This document shows, one piece after another, positions 34,462 through 45,600 of a stretch of DNA of 64,000 nt; position 1 is the first letter of the stretch; each line of letters opens with the position of its first letter. The stretch comes from Myxococcota bacterium (GTDB lineage Bacteria > Myxococcota_A > UBA796 > SXON01). The position numbers and the translations under genes were made by a program. The notes below the pieces were generated by a model that was not told where the DNA came from, made no database searches, and worked only from the letters and a program-made list of their open reading frames with translations. The stretch is taken from contig JAZKFH010000032.1 in NCBI GenBank assembly GCA_040386535.1, positions 1-64,000 of the forward strand, written 5' to 3'.

Positions 34462-35303
34462 TCGCGGTGCTCCTCCTGGCGTGCGCCCAGAGCGGCGATA
34501 CCGGTGACAGCGAGGTCCCCGAGGCCGCGTGCACAGCCTCCGGCACGGGCTACGCCATCCCGTCGTGGACCGACCCTTCCCCGGTCGAGGCCGGCGATGA
34601 GGTCGAGTACTGGCTGACCATCGAGGACGACGCGGGCTGCGCGATCGAGGACGTCCAGCAGGCCCACGAGCGCATGGTGCACACGATGCTCATCTCGCGT
34701 GACCTGTCCTCGTTCCAGCACCTGCACCACGAGGACTACTACGCCCTCACCGCGGAGGACCTCCGCTCCGGCACGTTCCACTTCCCGGTCACGTTCCCGC
34801 TCGCCGGGGACTACCTCGCCCTTTATGATTTCGCGCACGAGAACGAGTACCAGTACCTGACGACGTGGCTCACGGTCGGGGGTGCCCCGGCGCAGATGGA
34901 GGCGCCGGTCCTGGACCCCTCGATCGTCCGTGAGGTCGAGGGGATGCGGGTCGAACTGCGGTGGGACGTCGAACCTTACGCGGGGTACGAGGCGTCCTTC
35001 ACGGTGACCATCACGGAGGATGGCCAAGACGTCACCGACCTCGCCCAGTACCTCGGCGCTGACGGACACGCGGCGTTCGTCAGCCACGACCTTGGATTCG
35101 CGACGCACACCCACGCGTGGTTTCCGGGCATGGGCGACATGGCACCCGGAATGGAGATGCCTCACCTCTACTCCGGTCCCGAGCTCCCATTCCACTACGT
35201 CTTCCCGAGCCCGGGACAGTACAGGATGTGGGTGCAGTTCGCGCGCGCAGCCGACCCCGAGCGTCCGTTCACGGTGCCGTTCGATTTCGAGGTCGCCCCG
35301 TGA
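34458..35303 (+). CDS. His-rich putative metal-binding lipoprotein (two-repeat HxH family)
   Basis: HERMVH..SRDLSSFQHLH, YLGADGH, THTH, MGDMAPGMEM, FPSPGQYRMWVQF. Confidence 0.7.
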   Translation: MIAVLLLACAQSGDTGDSEVPEAACTASGTGYAIPSWTDPSPVEAGDEVEYWLTIEDDAGCAIEDVQQAHERMVHTMLISRDLSSFQHLHHEDYYALTAEDLRSGTFHFPVTFPLAGDYLALYDFAHENEYQYLTTWLTVGGAPAQMEAPVLDPSIVREVEGMRVELRWDVEPYAGYEASFTVTITEDGQDVTDLAQYLGADGHAAFVSHDLGFATHTHAWFPGMGDMAPGMEMPHLYSGPELPFHYVFPSPGQYRMWVQFARAADPERPFTVPFDFEVAP

Positions 35304-35480
35304 TCCTGCGGGCGATCGCCACCGCGGAGGTACTTGGCTGTCCTTGGCTCGGTATCGTCTTTGTGCTCGCGAACCGGCGGCACCGGTCACGCGTGCATCT
35401 CTCCCATCCTCTCGCTTCTACCAACCCTTGACAGCCACTCGCCGCCCTACCGGCCACCCTTGCCCCCCGGAGAACTCCAG

Positions 35481-36536
35481 ATGTTGTTGATCTTCCTCGC
35501 CTGCACCGGCTCCGAGAAGCCCGAAGACACGGCGCCCACCGAGACCTCGCCTATCGGCGTCGGCGACGGCTCGCCCGAGTCGGTCGGTTGGACCAGCATC
35601 CTCGACGGCAACGACGACCTGACGGACCCGCGGGACCTCGGCTTCGACGAGGACGGCCGTTTGTGGGTGGCCAACCGGGAGGATGACGCGACGTTCACCA
35701 TCAACGCTCCGGGGACCGACGCCCAGGAGAACGAACGCCGCGTCGACCCGTACGCCATGCACTTCATGGAGGAGACGGCCGCCTTCTCGTTCGACGGAAA
35801 CGGGCAGTTCGGATCGTGCGGCGAGAGCCGGAACACCTACAACGGACAAAGCACTCCCAACGACTACTCGGGCCCGGTCCTCTGGACGACCAACCTCGAC
35901 ATCTTCGCGAACGTCGACCCCATCGGCCTGGGCTCGCACCTGGACATGCTCCACGAGTCCCCCAACTGTGTGGGTATCGCCTGGGAGTCCGACAACATCT
36001 ATTGGGTGTTCGACGGCCGGAACAGCAACATCGTCCGCTACGACTTCCAGGGTGACCACGGCCCCGGGATGGACGACCACTCCGACGGCATCGTCCGCCG
36101 CCTCACCGAGGTCGAGGTGTCGTTCGAGCGGGACGCGCCCGGCCACATGGTCATCGACCACGACACCGGGTTGCTCTACGTCGCGGACACCGGCAACGGG
36201 CGCGTGCTCTGGATCGACACCGCGTCCGGGGACGAAGGCGGTCGCCTGGACGCCAGCGATCCGGGCGTCAAGCACCGGGAGTGGGACGGCGCGGACTGGG
36301 GCGTCCTCGTCGAGGGCCTCGACAAGCCCGGTGGGATTGCCTTGGGCGACGGCCGGCTCTTCGTCGGGGAATGGGGCACCGGAGTGATCTTCGAGTTCGA
36401 TCTCGATGGCACGGAAATCCGGAGTCTCGACACCGGATTCGGTGCGGAGGCCCTGCACGGCATCGAGCTCGGTCCCGACGGGCAGCTCTGGGTGGTGGAC
36501 AACGGCGCGGCGGCGGTGTTCCGGATCGACCCGTAA
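35481..36536 (+). CDS. NHL/beta-propeller lipoprotein with His/Met motifs
   Basis: MLLIFLAC; LWVAN, LYVADTGNGRV; MHFM, HLDMLH, DHGPGMDDH. Confidence 0.7.
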   Translation: MLLIFLACTGSEKPEDTAPTETSPIGVGDGSPESVGWTSILDGNDDLTDPRDLGFDEDGRLWVANREDDATFTINAPGTDAQENERRVDPYAMHFMEETAAFSFDGNGQFGSCGESRNTYNGQSTPNDYSGPVLWTTNLDIFANVDPIGLGSHLDMLHESPNCVGIAWESDNIYWVFDGRNSNIVRYDFQGDHGPGMDDHSDGIVRRLTEVEVSFERDAPGHMVIDHDTGLLYVADTGNGRVLWIDTASGDEGGRLDASDPGVKHREWDGADWGVLVEGLDKPGGIALGDGRLFVGEWGTGVIFEFDLDGTEIRSLDTGFGAEALHGIELGPDGQLWVVDNGAAAVFRIDP

Positions 36537-36551
36537 AGCTGGGGGCTCCTG

Positions 36552-37676
36552 CTACTCGACCTCGAGCCAGGCACTCATCTGGTGGTTGTGGCTCTCGACG
36601 TGGCAGTGCACGTTCCACGTCCCGGGATTGTCGAGCTCGTCCACCACGAACCCGTACGCGGTGCCGGGGCCGACGGTCACGCTGTCGGTCGTGAGGCCCG
36701 TGCCCGGGTCCTTCCACGTGTACCCGTGCAGGTGGAAGGTGTGGAACTCACTCCCGAAGGACACCACGTTGACGCGCAGGCTGCCGCCGAGCGGGGCCTG
36801 TGACATGGCGGACTCATGGGTCTCCGTGTTCAGCCACCCCTCCCCGCTGACGCTCTGAACCACCATCGTGTGGTTGTGGCTGCCCATCGTGCTACCGGCC
36901 GTGCCGCCAGAAGCCGTGTCGCTGCCGCCGTGGGTCCCCGAACGCAGGCCAACGACATCCGGGAGATCGTAGGCCTCTTCTTCCTCGTCCGCGGTGACGA
37001 CGATGTCCGCGGCGCTGGCGCACGCCGTACCTGGGGGGCTCGGCGGCGCCTCTCCAGCCGACGACGAGCTTCGGGTAGTCGCAACGCTCGTGCCGCCAGC
37101 CGGAACCGCGGTTGCCGCCGCCGTCTTCGTGCCGGAGCGCGGCGCTTCCTCGATCGGGACGGCCGTGCCGGACGTGGCCTCCGTCCATGGCTCGTAGGCC
37201 GCCATCAGCAGGTAGGTCACCATGTTGTCCGGCGCGGGTTCGCGCGGGTCGAGCACGACGATCGCACCCAGAATGCCGGCCTCTGCCTGGTACTCGTACA
37301 TGTTCGCGTCCATCTGGTGCGAGTGGTACAGGAAGTTTCCCACCCCCTCGGTTGCGTACCATGTGTAGGTGACGCTCTCCCCAGGGGCGGCCACCCGGCT
37401 CACGCCGTTGTTGTCCTCGTCGTACCTCAGGCCATGACCGTGCAGGCCCATGTCCTCGCCAGTCTCGTTGTAGAGCGTGATCTCGATGGTGTCACCCAGG
37501 TTGACCGCCAGCGTCGGGAGACCGAACTGGCCGTCCACGAAATAGCCGTGCAGTGTGCCCGCGCCGGTCCCGTCCATCGCGACGAGGTCAAAGCTGCCGT
37601 AGGTGGCGGTGACCTGGAACCGGCGCACGGGGGCGTCAGGCGCACAAGACATCAGGGCGAGGAGCAGGATGGACAT
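36552..37676 (-). CDS. Two-domain multicopper oxidase (small-laccase-like, type B) lipoprotein
   Basis: LHGHG, LYHSH, FHTFHLHG and HCHVESHNHQM; start MSILLLALMSC. Confidence 0.8.
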   Translation of the reverse strand: MSILLLALMSCAPDAPVRRFQVTATYGSFDLVAMDGTGAGTLHGYFVDGQFGLPTLAVNLGDTIEITLYNETGEDMGLHGHGLRYDEDNNGVSRVAAPGESVTYTWYATEGVGNFLYHSHQMDANMYEYQAEAGILGAIVVLDPREPAPDNMVTYLLMAAYEPWTEATSGTAVPIEEAPRSGTKTAAATAVPAGGTSVATTRSSSSAGEAPPSPPGTACASAADIVVTADEEEEAYDLPDVVGLRSGTHGGSDTASGGTAGSTMGSHNHTMVVQSVSGEGWLNTETHESAMSQAPLGGSLRVNVVSFGSEFHTFHLHGYTWKDPGTGLTTDSVTVGPGTAYGFVVDELDNPGTWNVHCHVESHNHQMSAWLEVE

Positions 37677-37707
37677 GCCCCGGAGATTACCATATGATTC
37701 AGGCGTG

Positions 37708-39747
37708 ATGCGCCTGACTCTGCCGTTGCTCGCCCTCCTCGCCTGTAACTCCGCCTGTGACTCCGGAAAGGTGCCCGACGATTTCAGGTGGACCGAGGGC
37801 GACTTCGCCTGTACGGTCGACGTGCCGGACGCGCCCGACGTGGACGGCGCGGACTGGGTGGCCTCCTCCCCGCCCACGAGCGGCGACATCATCATCCTGG
37901 GCACGTCTCCAGCAGCGCCAGATCGTGTCTACGCGGGCTCGGGGCAGAATGGGATCTTCCGATCGGAGGACCAGGGTTTTTCCTGGACCGACGTGTCGGG
38001 ACACGTTGCCCATATCTACGGGCAATTCGCCGTTTCTCGCGGCGATGCCGACTGCCTCGCTTACGCGACGGGGCAGGGTTTCGTCAGCGCCAACGGGGGA
38101 GACACCTGGCAGGTCATCAACCTCGTGAGCGACGAACCGCAAGGCATACAGGGCCTCGCGTTCCTGGAGCAACGCCTCTACGTCGCCACGGCAGAAGGGA
38201 ACGTGTACACGGCTGAAGACTGCGAGGGATCGGCCACGTGGTTGGCGAGGATTCCACTCGAGCCTTCGACCGTATCGCCGTCCACCACCTCCAGCCACGG
38301 ACAGATCTCTTCTCTGATGTGGCTCGCCTCCACCGACACCACACTCTACGCCATGTTCCGCAGCGGGCAGCTCTCCGCCTCGAACGATGGAGGAAGGAAC
38401 TGGGTGACGCTCGCCACCGACAGTACGTGGATGAACGTGACGTTGCGGGCCGACGAGGCCTACCTGTGGGTGGTACGGCAGAACGCTGACAACACCTTTG
38501 ACGTACAGCGCCGCACCAGCGGGGTGGGCGGCTCCGAGTCGTTCGAGACCGTCGCGACCCTGCCGGGCACGGCGTCGGGCGGCTTCCTGACCGAAGGGGG
38601 TGAGTACCTCGTCAGTAGCTCCACCGGGATCTGGAGCTCTGATCAAGAAGAAATCGGGGCCGACCTGCAGGATGATGGGCGCGGGCTCTACTCGGTGGGA
38701 CGCGTCGGCACCACGCTTCTCGCCGGCTACCGGGGTGGTGTGTCGGTATCCCCGGACGATGGGGCGAGCTGGGGATGGACGAGCGAGGAGATGGTCGACC
38801 TCGACATCTCGAACGCGATGGTCCATCCGGTCTGTCCCAACGTGGTGTTCGCAGGCACCCAGTGCAAGAGCGGCTTGTTCCGGTCCGAGGACTGGGGGAT
38901 GACTTGGACGCGGGCCTCGCAGGACATGCATTACACCATGGGCGTGGCGCTGTCTGCCAAAGAGCCAGGGGAGATCTGGAGCGTCACCGACGACGAGCTC
39001 CTGCGCTCGTTGGACTACGGTGACACCTGGACGTACATGTACCCCAAGGGATACGGCGTGGCGGGGGCCCACTACCACGGGCTGGGCGTGTCACCCCATC
39101 GGCCATCCACCGTATTGGTGGGTTCGGTCGGGTCGGGCGAATACTCGGATGACACCGCGCGGGTGTACCGCACGGACAACCGTGGCGCGACGTGGACCAC
39201 CTCGTCCACGGGGCTACCCGCGAGCACCGAGTCCTTCCACGTGATCCACTTCTCCGAGCTCGTCCCCGGCGCTGTTCTTCTCGGCACCTACCGCGCCGGC
39301 GGTGGGGTCAGCCACGCCGGAGAGGGCTCGGGCATCGGGGTGTTCCGTTCGCTGGACTTCGGCAAGACCTGGGCCCATCTCAGCTCGACGACCGCGATCT
39401 CCTTCTCTCACCTCGCCGAGTGCGACGAACGCATCTATGCGGCGACGGAGCAGGGCGTCCTCGTGACCGACGATCTCGGGGACACCTGGGCCACGCTCCT
39501 TCCCGCGGCACTGGACAGCGAGGTGCTGAACGTCGCATGCGCGGGCGACCGCGTGATCGCGGTGGACCCCGCGGCTGGGATCTTTCGCTCGGGGGATGCA
39601 GGAGCGACCTGGGAGGACTGGACCGGAAGCATCGAGTTTTCTCTGCAGGAATGGGAGAGCCAGCTCGGCCTGGAGCTCTCGCCCGACGGAGAGATCGCCT
39701 ATTTCACGCACCCGGGGGAGGGCGTGTTGCTCCGGGGTTGGGAGTGA
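37708..39747 (+). CDS. BNR/VPS10-like repeat beta-propeller lipoprotein
   Basis: Many S/TxDxGxTW Asp-boxes; lipobox LLAC. Confidence 0.8.
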   Translation: MRLTLPLLALLACNSACDSGKVPDDFRWTEGDFACTVDVPDAPDVDGADWVASSPPTSGDIIILGTSPAAPDRVYAGSGQNGIFRSEDQGFSWTDVSGHVAHIYGQFAVSRGDADCLAYATGQGFVSANGGDTWQVINLVSDEPQGIQGLAFLEQRLYVATAEGNVYTAEDCEGSATWLARIPLEPSTVSPSTTSSHGQISSLMWLASTDTTLYAMFRSGQLSASNDGGRNWVTLATDSTWMNVTLRADEAYLWVVRQNADNTFDVQRRTSGVGGSESFETVATLPGTASGGFLTEGGEYLVSSSTGIWSSDQEEIGADLQDDGRGLYSVGRVGTTLLAGYRGGVSVSPDDGASWGWTSEEMVDLDISNAMVHPVCPNVVFAGTQCKSGLFRSEDWGMTWTRASQDMHYTMGVALSAKEPGEIWSVTDDELLRSLDYGDTWTYMYPKGYGVAGAHYHGLGVSPHRPSTVLVGSVGSGEYSDDTARVYRTDNRGATWTTSSTGLPASTESFHVIHFSELVPGAVLLGTYRAGGGVSHAGEGSGIGVFRSLDFGKTWAHLSSTTAISFSHLAECDERIYAATEQGVLVTDDLGDTWATLLPAALDSEVLNVACAGDRVIAVDPAAGIFRSGDAGATWEDWTGSIEFSLQEWESQLGLELSPDGEIAYFTHPGEGVLLRGWE

Positions 39748-39844
39748 TACGGGCCGCGGGGCAAGACGCGGCGGTGGGGAGCAAGGAGCCCATCGACATC
39801 GTGGGCGTCGCGGACGGCAAGTACCTCCTGTTGGAGGTCGCGCC

Positions 39845-40930
39845 GTGATCCTGCTCGCGATTGCCACGGCTACGGCGCATGTCCCGTTTGAACGCGGGAC
39901 GTTCACCATCACCGAGATCCACGCCGGCCCCGCCGCGGAGGGAGGGCAGTGGTTCGAGGTGCGGAACGACAGCGCCAGCGGGCAGAACCTCGTCGAGCAG
40001 GTCTTCACCGACGGGGACGGCAGCTCCAAGCAGCTCACGCTCACGTTGATCGTCCGCACAGGGGAGTATGCCGTCCTCGCGCACCCCGACAGCACCGTCG
40101 ACGCGGACGCCCTCCTGGTCACGGACTTCGACATCGAGGCCCTCGTGGACACGTTGACCCACTCCGACATCAATGGCGTGGTCGACGAGGTGACCTGGGA
40201 TGGCTCGTGGGGGTTGGATGTCACCCAAGCCCACGCAGGGAACCCCGTGGGCTTGGGGAACGAGTGGGCGAACGACGTTTCCGGCAACTGGTGCGCCGCC
40301 CTCCCGACCCCGGGCTTGCCGAATGCGTGGTGTCCTGGGAGCGACACGGACGACGACGGGGACGGACTCTCCGAGCAGGAGGGCGATTGCGATGACACGG
40401 ATCCCGGCGTGATGCCCGGCGCGCTCGATGACGCGGATGTGTCGTCCGACGACGCAGACTGCGACGGCGTGCGCGACGACGGGGCGACGGACGACGACGC
40501 GGACGGTTGGTCCGAGGTCGACGGGGACTGCGACGACGACGAGGACGGCACGTTCCCCGGCGCCGCGGAGCGCACGGACGGGGTGGACCAGGACTGCGAC
40601 GGCGTCGTGGATGAGCTCGACGCCGACCAGGACGGCGCCGACATCCTGTCCGACTGCGATGACGCCGATCCTTTCCGGTTCCCTGGCGCCTCCGAAGTCC
40701 CCTGTGACGAGGTCGACCAAGACTGCGACGGGGCGGACCTTTGTGAGCCAGACACCGGGACCGACACTGCCGTTGACTCGGCGGAGTCGGACCCGGACGA
40801 CACGGACACCGACCCACCACCTGGTTCAGGCCCCTGTGGGTGCTCGGCCTCTCCGCCCAGATCTCTCCTGCTGGGGCTTCTTGTCGGCGGCCTCACGAGC
40901 CGTCGTCGTCGGGCTTCAGGCCACGTTTGA
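39845..40930 (+). CDS. Secreted protein with lamin-tail-like domain, MopE-type DCDD/DQDCDG repeats and MYXO-CTERM-like tail
   Basis: ITEIH...QWFEVRN, PTPGLPN, repeated DCDD..PGA.E..DGVDQDCDG; tail CGCS..LLLGLLV..RRRR. Confidence 0.8.
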   Translation: MILLAIATATAHVPFERGTFTITEIHAGPAAEGGQWFEVRNDSASGQNLVEQVFTDGDGSSKQLTLTLIVRTGEYAVLAHPDSTVDADALLVTDFDIEALVDTLTHSDINGVVDEVTWDGSWGLDVTQAHAGNPVGLGNEWANDVSGNWCAALPTPGLPNAWCPGSDTDDDGDGLSEQEGDCDDTDPGVMPGALDDADVSSDDADCDGVRDDGATDDDADGWSEVDGDCDDDEDGTFPGAAERTDGVDQDCDGVVDELDADQDGADILSDCDDADPFRFPGASEVPCDEVDQDCDGADLCEPDTGTDTAVDSAESDPDDTDTDPPPGSGPCGCSASPPRSLLLGLLVGGLTSRRRRASGHV

Positions 40931-40937
40931 CCACCCT

Positions 40938-41588
40938 TCACCCTCCACCCGCCATGCTTGCACCATCCTCCACAGCGTCCGCCGCGACGGTCCCGACGCC
41001 CGGGATCAGCCGGCCCGTGCGGCTCGCCCACGCGAGCCACTCCGCGCCGTGCTGCTGGAACAGGTGGGTGTCCTCAAGCCGCGCCTGGAGCGCGATCAGG
41101 CTCGCGATCCACCCGGCGCCCATGAGCGTCCACGCGGACGGCGTGAGCGCCGCCACGCCCACCAGCATGGCGAGGAGGCCCGTGTAGATCGGGTGGCGTA
41201 CCCAGCCGTACAGGCCCCGCGCGACGAGCGCCGTCGGGGCGGAGTCGATGCCGATCCGCCAGGACGCTCCCATCTGCGCCTGCGCGGCGAGGACCACGCC
41301 GAGCCCGACGAGCGCCGCGAGCAGGCCGCCGCTGCGGACGACCATGGGGGCATCCCAGACGCCCAACGGCGCGGGCCCGAGGACGGCGTACACCGTCGCC
41401 CACGCGGCGATGCCCGCCACGCCGGCGCCGAAGCTGCGGCCCACGAACCGTCCCAGCGGGTCACGGGCCTTGTGCACGACGAGCGCGAACACGCCGTGAC
41501 GCCGCCAGGTGCGAACCATCGGCCAGACCAGGGCGAGGAAGACGAACGCGGCGACGAGAACAGGCAGGAGCAGGCGGTCCCAGGGCAT
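40938..41588 (-). CDS. Isoprenylcysteine carboxyl methyltransferase/PEMT family membrane protein
   Basis: QMGASWRIGID, LVARGLYGWVRHPIY, RLED. Confidence 0.85.
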   Translation of the reverse strand: MPWDRLLLPVLVAAFVFLALVWPMVRTWRRHGVFALVVHKARDPLGRFVGRSFGAGVAGIAAWATVYAVLGPAPLGVWDAPMVVRSGGLLAALVGLGVVLAAQAQMGASWRIGIDSAPTALVARGLYGWVRHPIYTGLLAMLVGVAALTPSAWTLMGAGWIASLIALQARLEDTHLFQQHGAEWLAWASRTGRLIPGVGTVAADAVEDGASMAGGG

Positions 41589-41595
41589 TCGGTGA

Positions 41596-41637
41596 CTCGA
41601 TTGATGAAACACTCATATGAGGTGTTCATCATTCGAG
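41596..41637. promoter_or_regulatory. 42-bp imperfect palindrome, putative ArsR/SmtB-type operator
   Basis: CTCGA-T-TGATGAA-ACAC-TCAT|ATGA-GGTG-TTCATCA-T-TCGAG, 7 bp upstream of the ICMT start. Confidence 0.7.
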
Positions 41638-41772
41638 CAAGGGGGATCGTCTCGCGCATCTGATGCGGCGGCACGGCATCGGCGAGAGGGAGCTCGCGCG
41701 ACGCTACGTCCACGTCCGCTCGTGACCTGGGGGCGCTGAGTCCAAGCGACCAGCGGGGCCTGCGGCTGCTGC

Positions 41773-42582
41773 TCAGTGCCCGTGCGCCCCATGGTCATGC
41801 CCGCCCGCGGGCGCCGCCTCCCCCGCCGCCGCGTTGAACCCCAGCGAGAAGCTCGTCTCGCCCACCTTCACATCCACCATCACGGGCCGCGTCCCCGCCC
41901 CTTCGTTCTTGCCGGAGAGCATGCCCGCCGCCGGGTCGAACGTGAGCGGGACCACGGTGTCCCCGTCCTTCAGCGAGCCGGTCACGCCCGTCACCTGCGC
42001 GCGCTTGGCGTCGGTGACCCACACCCGGTGCTCACCGTCCTTGGGCGCGTACTCGAGGTGGTAGTCCCCCCACATCCCGACCTGACCGCCGTGGAGGGAG
42101 GTGTGGTCGTGCTCCTGGAGGCCCACGGCCTTGGTCTCGAAGGACACGCTCTCAGCCTTCCCACCAAACGTGAGCGTCAGGACCGCGGTGGCCGCGTCTC
42201 CCTGGGCGAGCTTCGCGGTGGCGTGGAGGTGATCCCCCATCGGCGCGACCGTCACCGTCTCGACGCCGCTGGGGCTCTTCACGACGGCCGTGCCCGCGAA
42301 ACCCTCTACGGCGAGCGGCTTCTGGGCGGAATCGGAGAGGTAGAACATGATGCCGCCGGGCATGAAGAGCGCCTCGACGTGGTGCTGGCCCACGGTCTTG
42401 ACCTCGCCTCCATGCGGGCTCGCGTGGGCGTGGGCGCCGCCGTCGTGTCCGGGAGCCGCGGGCGCAGGGACCGCCGCGGGCGCGGTGGGTTCGGCGGGTT
42501 GGGGCGGCGCGGCGGGCGCGGGTGTGGTGGGCTCGGAGGAGCAGGCGGCGGCGAGGACGAGGAGCGGGAGCAGGGTGCGCAT
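41773..42582 (-). CDS. His-rich lipoprotein with two HGG repeats, last gene of the third RND operon
   Basis: MRTLLPLLVLAAAC; HAHASPHGG, HDHTSLHGG; ends GHDHGAHGH. Confidence 0.75.
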   Translation of the reverse strand: MRTLLPLLVLAAACSSEPTTPAPAAPPQPAEPTAPAAVPAPAAPGHDGGAHAHASPHGGEVKTVGQHHVEALFMPGGIMFYLSDSAQKPLAVEGFAGTAVVKSPSGVETVTVAPMGDHLHATAKLAQGDAATAVLTLTFGGKAESVSFETKAVGLQEHDHTSLHGGQVGMWGDYHLEYAPKDGEHRVWVTDAKRAQVTGVTGSLKDGDTVVPLTFDPAAGMLSGKNEGAGTRPVMVDVKVGETSFSLGFNAAAGEAAPAGGHDHGAHGH

Positions 42583-42626
42583 GGAGACTTTCCGGGGTGG
42601 GAGTTGGGAGGTGAGAGCCGAAGGAG

Positions 42627-45600
42627 TCACGGAGCCTCGAGCGGATCGACGGTTTCGGAGCTGGCAACCATCGAACGGAGCGCGTCGCCCCCGAAGCGGA
42701 GGAACATGGTGGGAGTCACCACCATGTCCAGGAGCGTCGAGGAGAGGAGCCCACCCAGGATCACCTGGGCCACCGGGGTGAGGATCTCCTTCCCCGGCGT
42801 GCCGCCCGCGAAGGCGAGCGGGATGAGCGCGATGCCGGCGCAGAGCGCGGTCATGGCGACCGGGACGAGGCGCTCGAGCGAGCCACGAATGACCATCTCC
42901 GGCCCGAAGGATTCGCCCTCGTGGCGGACGAGGTGGATGTAGTGGGAGATCATCAGGATGGTGTTGCGCGACGCGATGCCACACAACGTGATGAACCCGA
43001 CCAACGTTGCGACCGAGAGCGGCTGGCCCGAGATCCAGATCGCCGCGACGGAGCCGATCAGTGCGAGAGGAATGTTGAGAAGCACCTGGAGCGTGAGCGT
43101 GTGAGATCGGAAGTGCGCGTAGAGCACCGCGTACATACCGGCGAGCGACAGCAGGGAGAGGAGGCCGATGGTGCGGCTCGCCGACTGCTGGCTTTCGAAC
43201 TGGCCGCCGATGGTCCAGTAGTACCCTGTCGGGAGCGTCAGCCCCGCCAGGGAGGTCTGGATGTCGCCGACCACGCTCCCGACGTCCCGCCCGGCCGTGT
43301 TGGCCGAGATGGCGATGCGACGCTGGCCGTCTTCATGCACCACCTGGTTGGGCCCGGTCCCCGCTGACACCTCCGCGAGCTGACCCAATGTGACCGCACG
43401 CCCTTCCTCCAGCGATACCGGAGCGATCCCGATGCGGTCGATGTCCCCGCGCCACTCGGGCGCGTATCGCGTCACGAGATCGAGGCTCCGCACGCCGTCG
43501 AGCACCTGCGCGACACGTACGCCGCCGAGCGCGGTCTCGAGGTCCTCCGCGAGGTGCCCCGGCGGTACGCCGAAGCGCTTGGCTGCGTCCCGGTCGATGC
43601 GCACCTGCACCTGGGGGATCAGCACCTGGCGCTCTACCTGGAGATCCACGAGCCCGGGGATGGGCGCGAGCTGCTGCTCAATGCGCGCGGCCTCGCTCCG
43701 GAGCGTGGCGAGGTCGGGCCCGAACACCTTGATGGCGATCTGCGCTCGCACCCCCGAGAGCAAGTGGTCGAGCCGGTGGCCGATCGGCTGGCCGATGTTG
43801 ATGACCACGCCGGGGAGCCGCGCGAGCTTCGCGCGGATGTCGGCCAATACCTCCTCGCGCGGGCGGCCCTCCCGCTCGAAGTCGACGTCGATCTCGGTGT
43901 AGTGGACTCCCTCAGCGTGTTCGTCCATCTCCGCGCGCCCCGTGCGGCGGCCCGTGCTCTTGACCTCCGGGACCTCGAGGAGGAGCCGCTCGGCGAGGCT
44001 GCCGAGTTTGTCCGACTCGGTGAGGCTCGTGCCGGGCGTGGCCAGCAGGTTGACCGTCGCCGTGCCCTCGTTGAAGGGCGGCAGGAAGCTCGTCCCGAGG
44101 AAGGGGACGCTCGCGATCGCCAGGACGACCGCTGCGGCGACGGCGAACAGGATGGTCTTCGGGCGGGGCAACGCCCAGACGAGCGCCCGACGGTCGAGGC
44201 CCTTGAGCTTGCGAACCAACCACCCGTCGGCGTGCTCCTTCGCCTGTGTCATCTTCGGGAGCAGGTAGGACGCGAGGACCGGCGTGATGGTCAGGGACAC
44301 GACCATGGAGGCCAGGATCGACGCGATGTAGGCGATGCCGAGCGGCGCGAAGAGCCGGCCCTCGATACCCGAGAGCGCGAAGAGCGGGATGAAGACCAGG
44401 ATCACGAGGATCGTCGAGAAGACGATGGAGCTCCGGACCTCCACGCTTGCGTCGAGGATGACACGCAACGGAGAGCGCGGGTTCGGAAGGGTGCGGTTCT
44501 CCCGTAGCCGCCGATAGACGTTCTCCACGTCCACGATCGCATCGTCCACGAGCTCGCCGATCGCGACCGCGAGGCCGCCGAGCGTCATGGTGTTGATGGT
44601 GAGACCGAAGGCCTGCAGGGCGAGCGCGGCGACGACCATCGAGAGGGGGATCGCCGTGAGGGTGATCGCGGTCGTGCGGACGTTGAGGAGGAACAGGACG
44701 AGGATGATGGTGACCAGGATCGCCCCGTCCCGGAGCGCCTCCTCGACGTTAGCCACGGAGGCCTCGATAAAGTCGGCCTGACGGAAGAGCGGCACCACGT
44801 CGACGCCGGCGGGCAGACCACGGCGGAGCTCCTCCAGCGCGTGCTCGACCTGCTCGGTCAACACGATCGTGTCGGTGCCCGGCTGCTTCTGCACCGAGAG
44901 GATCACCGCAGGCTGGCCGTTCACGCCGGCGTCGCCGCGCATGGTGCCGACGCCTCGCCGAACGTCGGCGACATCCGAGAGGGTGATGGGCACACCGTCG
45001 CGCATCGTGATGACCGTGTCCCCGATCGCCGCGGGATCCGCCGTCCGGGCGAGGTTGCGCACGACGTATTCCTGGCTCTGCTGCTCCAGGAAGCCGCCCG
45101 TCGTGCTGCCCTGCGCGCCAGCGGCCGCTTCGCGCACATCCCCGAGGGTGAGCCCGCGCTGGGCGAGCCGATCGGGGTGGACCTCCACGTGGAGCTGCTC
45201 GACGCCGCCGCCGATGGCGATCACCTGCGAAATTCCGCCGATGGAGAGGAGGCGCGGGCGGAGCGTCCAATCGGCGAGCGACCGGAGCTCGGGCCCGGGG
45301 ACCGTCCCCTCGGGCGACACGACGCCGATGAGGAGGATCTCTCCCATGATCGAGCTCACGGGGCCCATCGTCGGAACCACGCCTTCGGGGAGAGACTCGG
45401 CGACCTGCGCGGTGCGCTCGGCCACCTGCTGGCGCGCCCGGTAGATGTCGACGTCCCAATCGAACTCTACCCACACGACTGAGAGCCCGACCGCGGACTG
45501 GGAGCGGACTCGCTCGACGCCCGGGGCGCCGTTCATCGAGGTCTCGATGGGGCGGGTGACGAGAAGCTCGACCTCCTCCGGTGAGAGGCCGCCTGCCTCG

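Noticed and set aside
39748..39848. Short frame ending GSKEPIDIVGVADGKYLLLEVAP, overlapping the next start
   Set aside because: It looks like a gene tail but is too short to assign. It may only supply the SD sequence (GGAGG).
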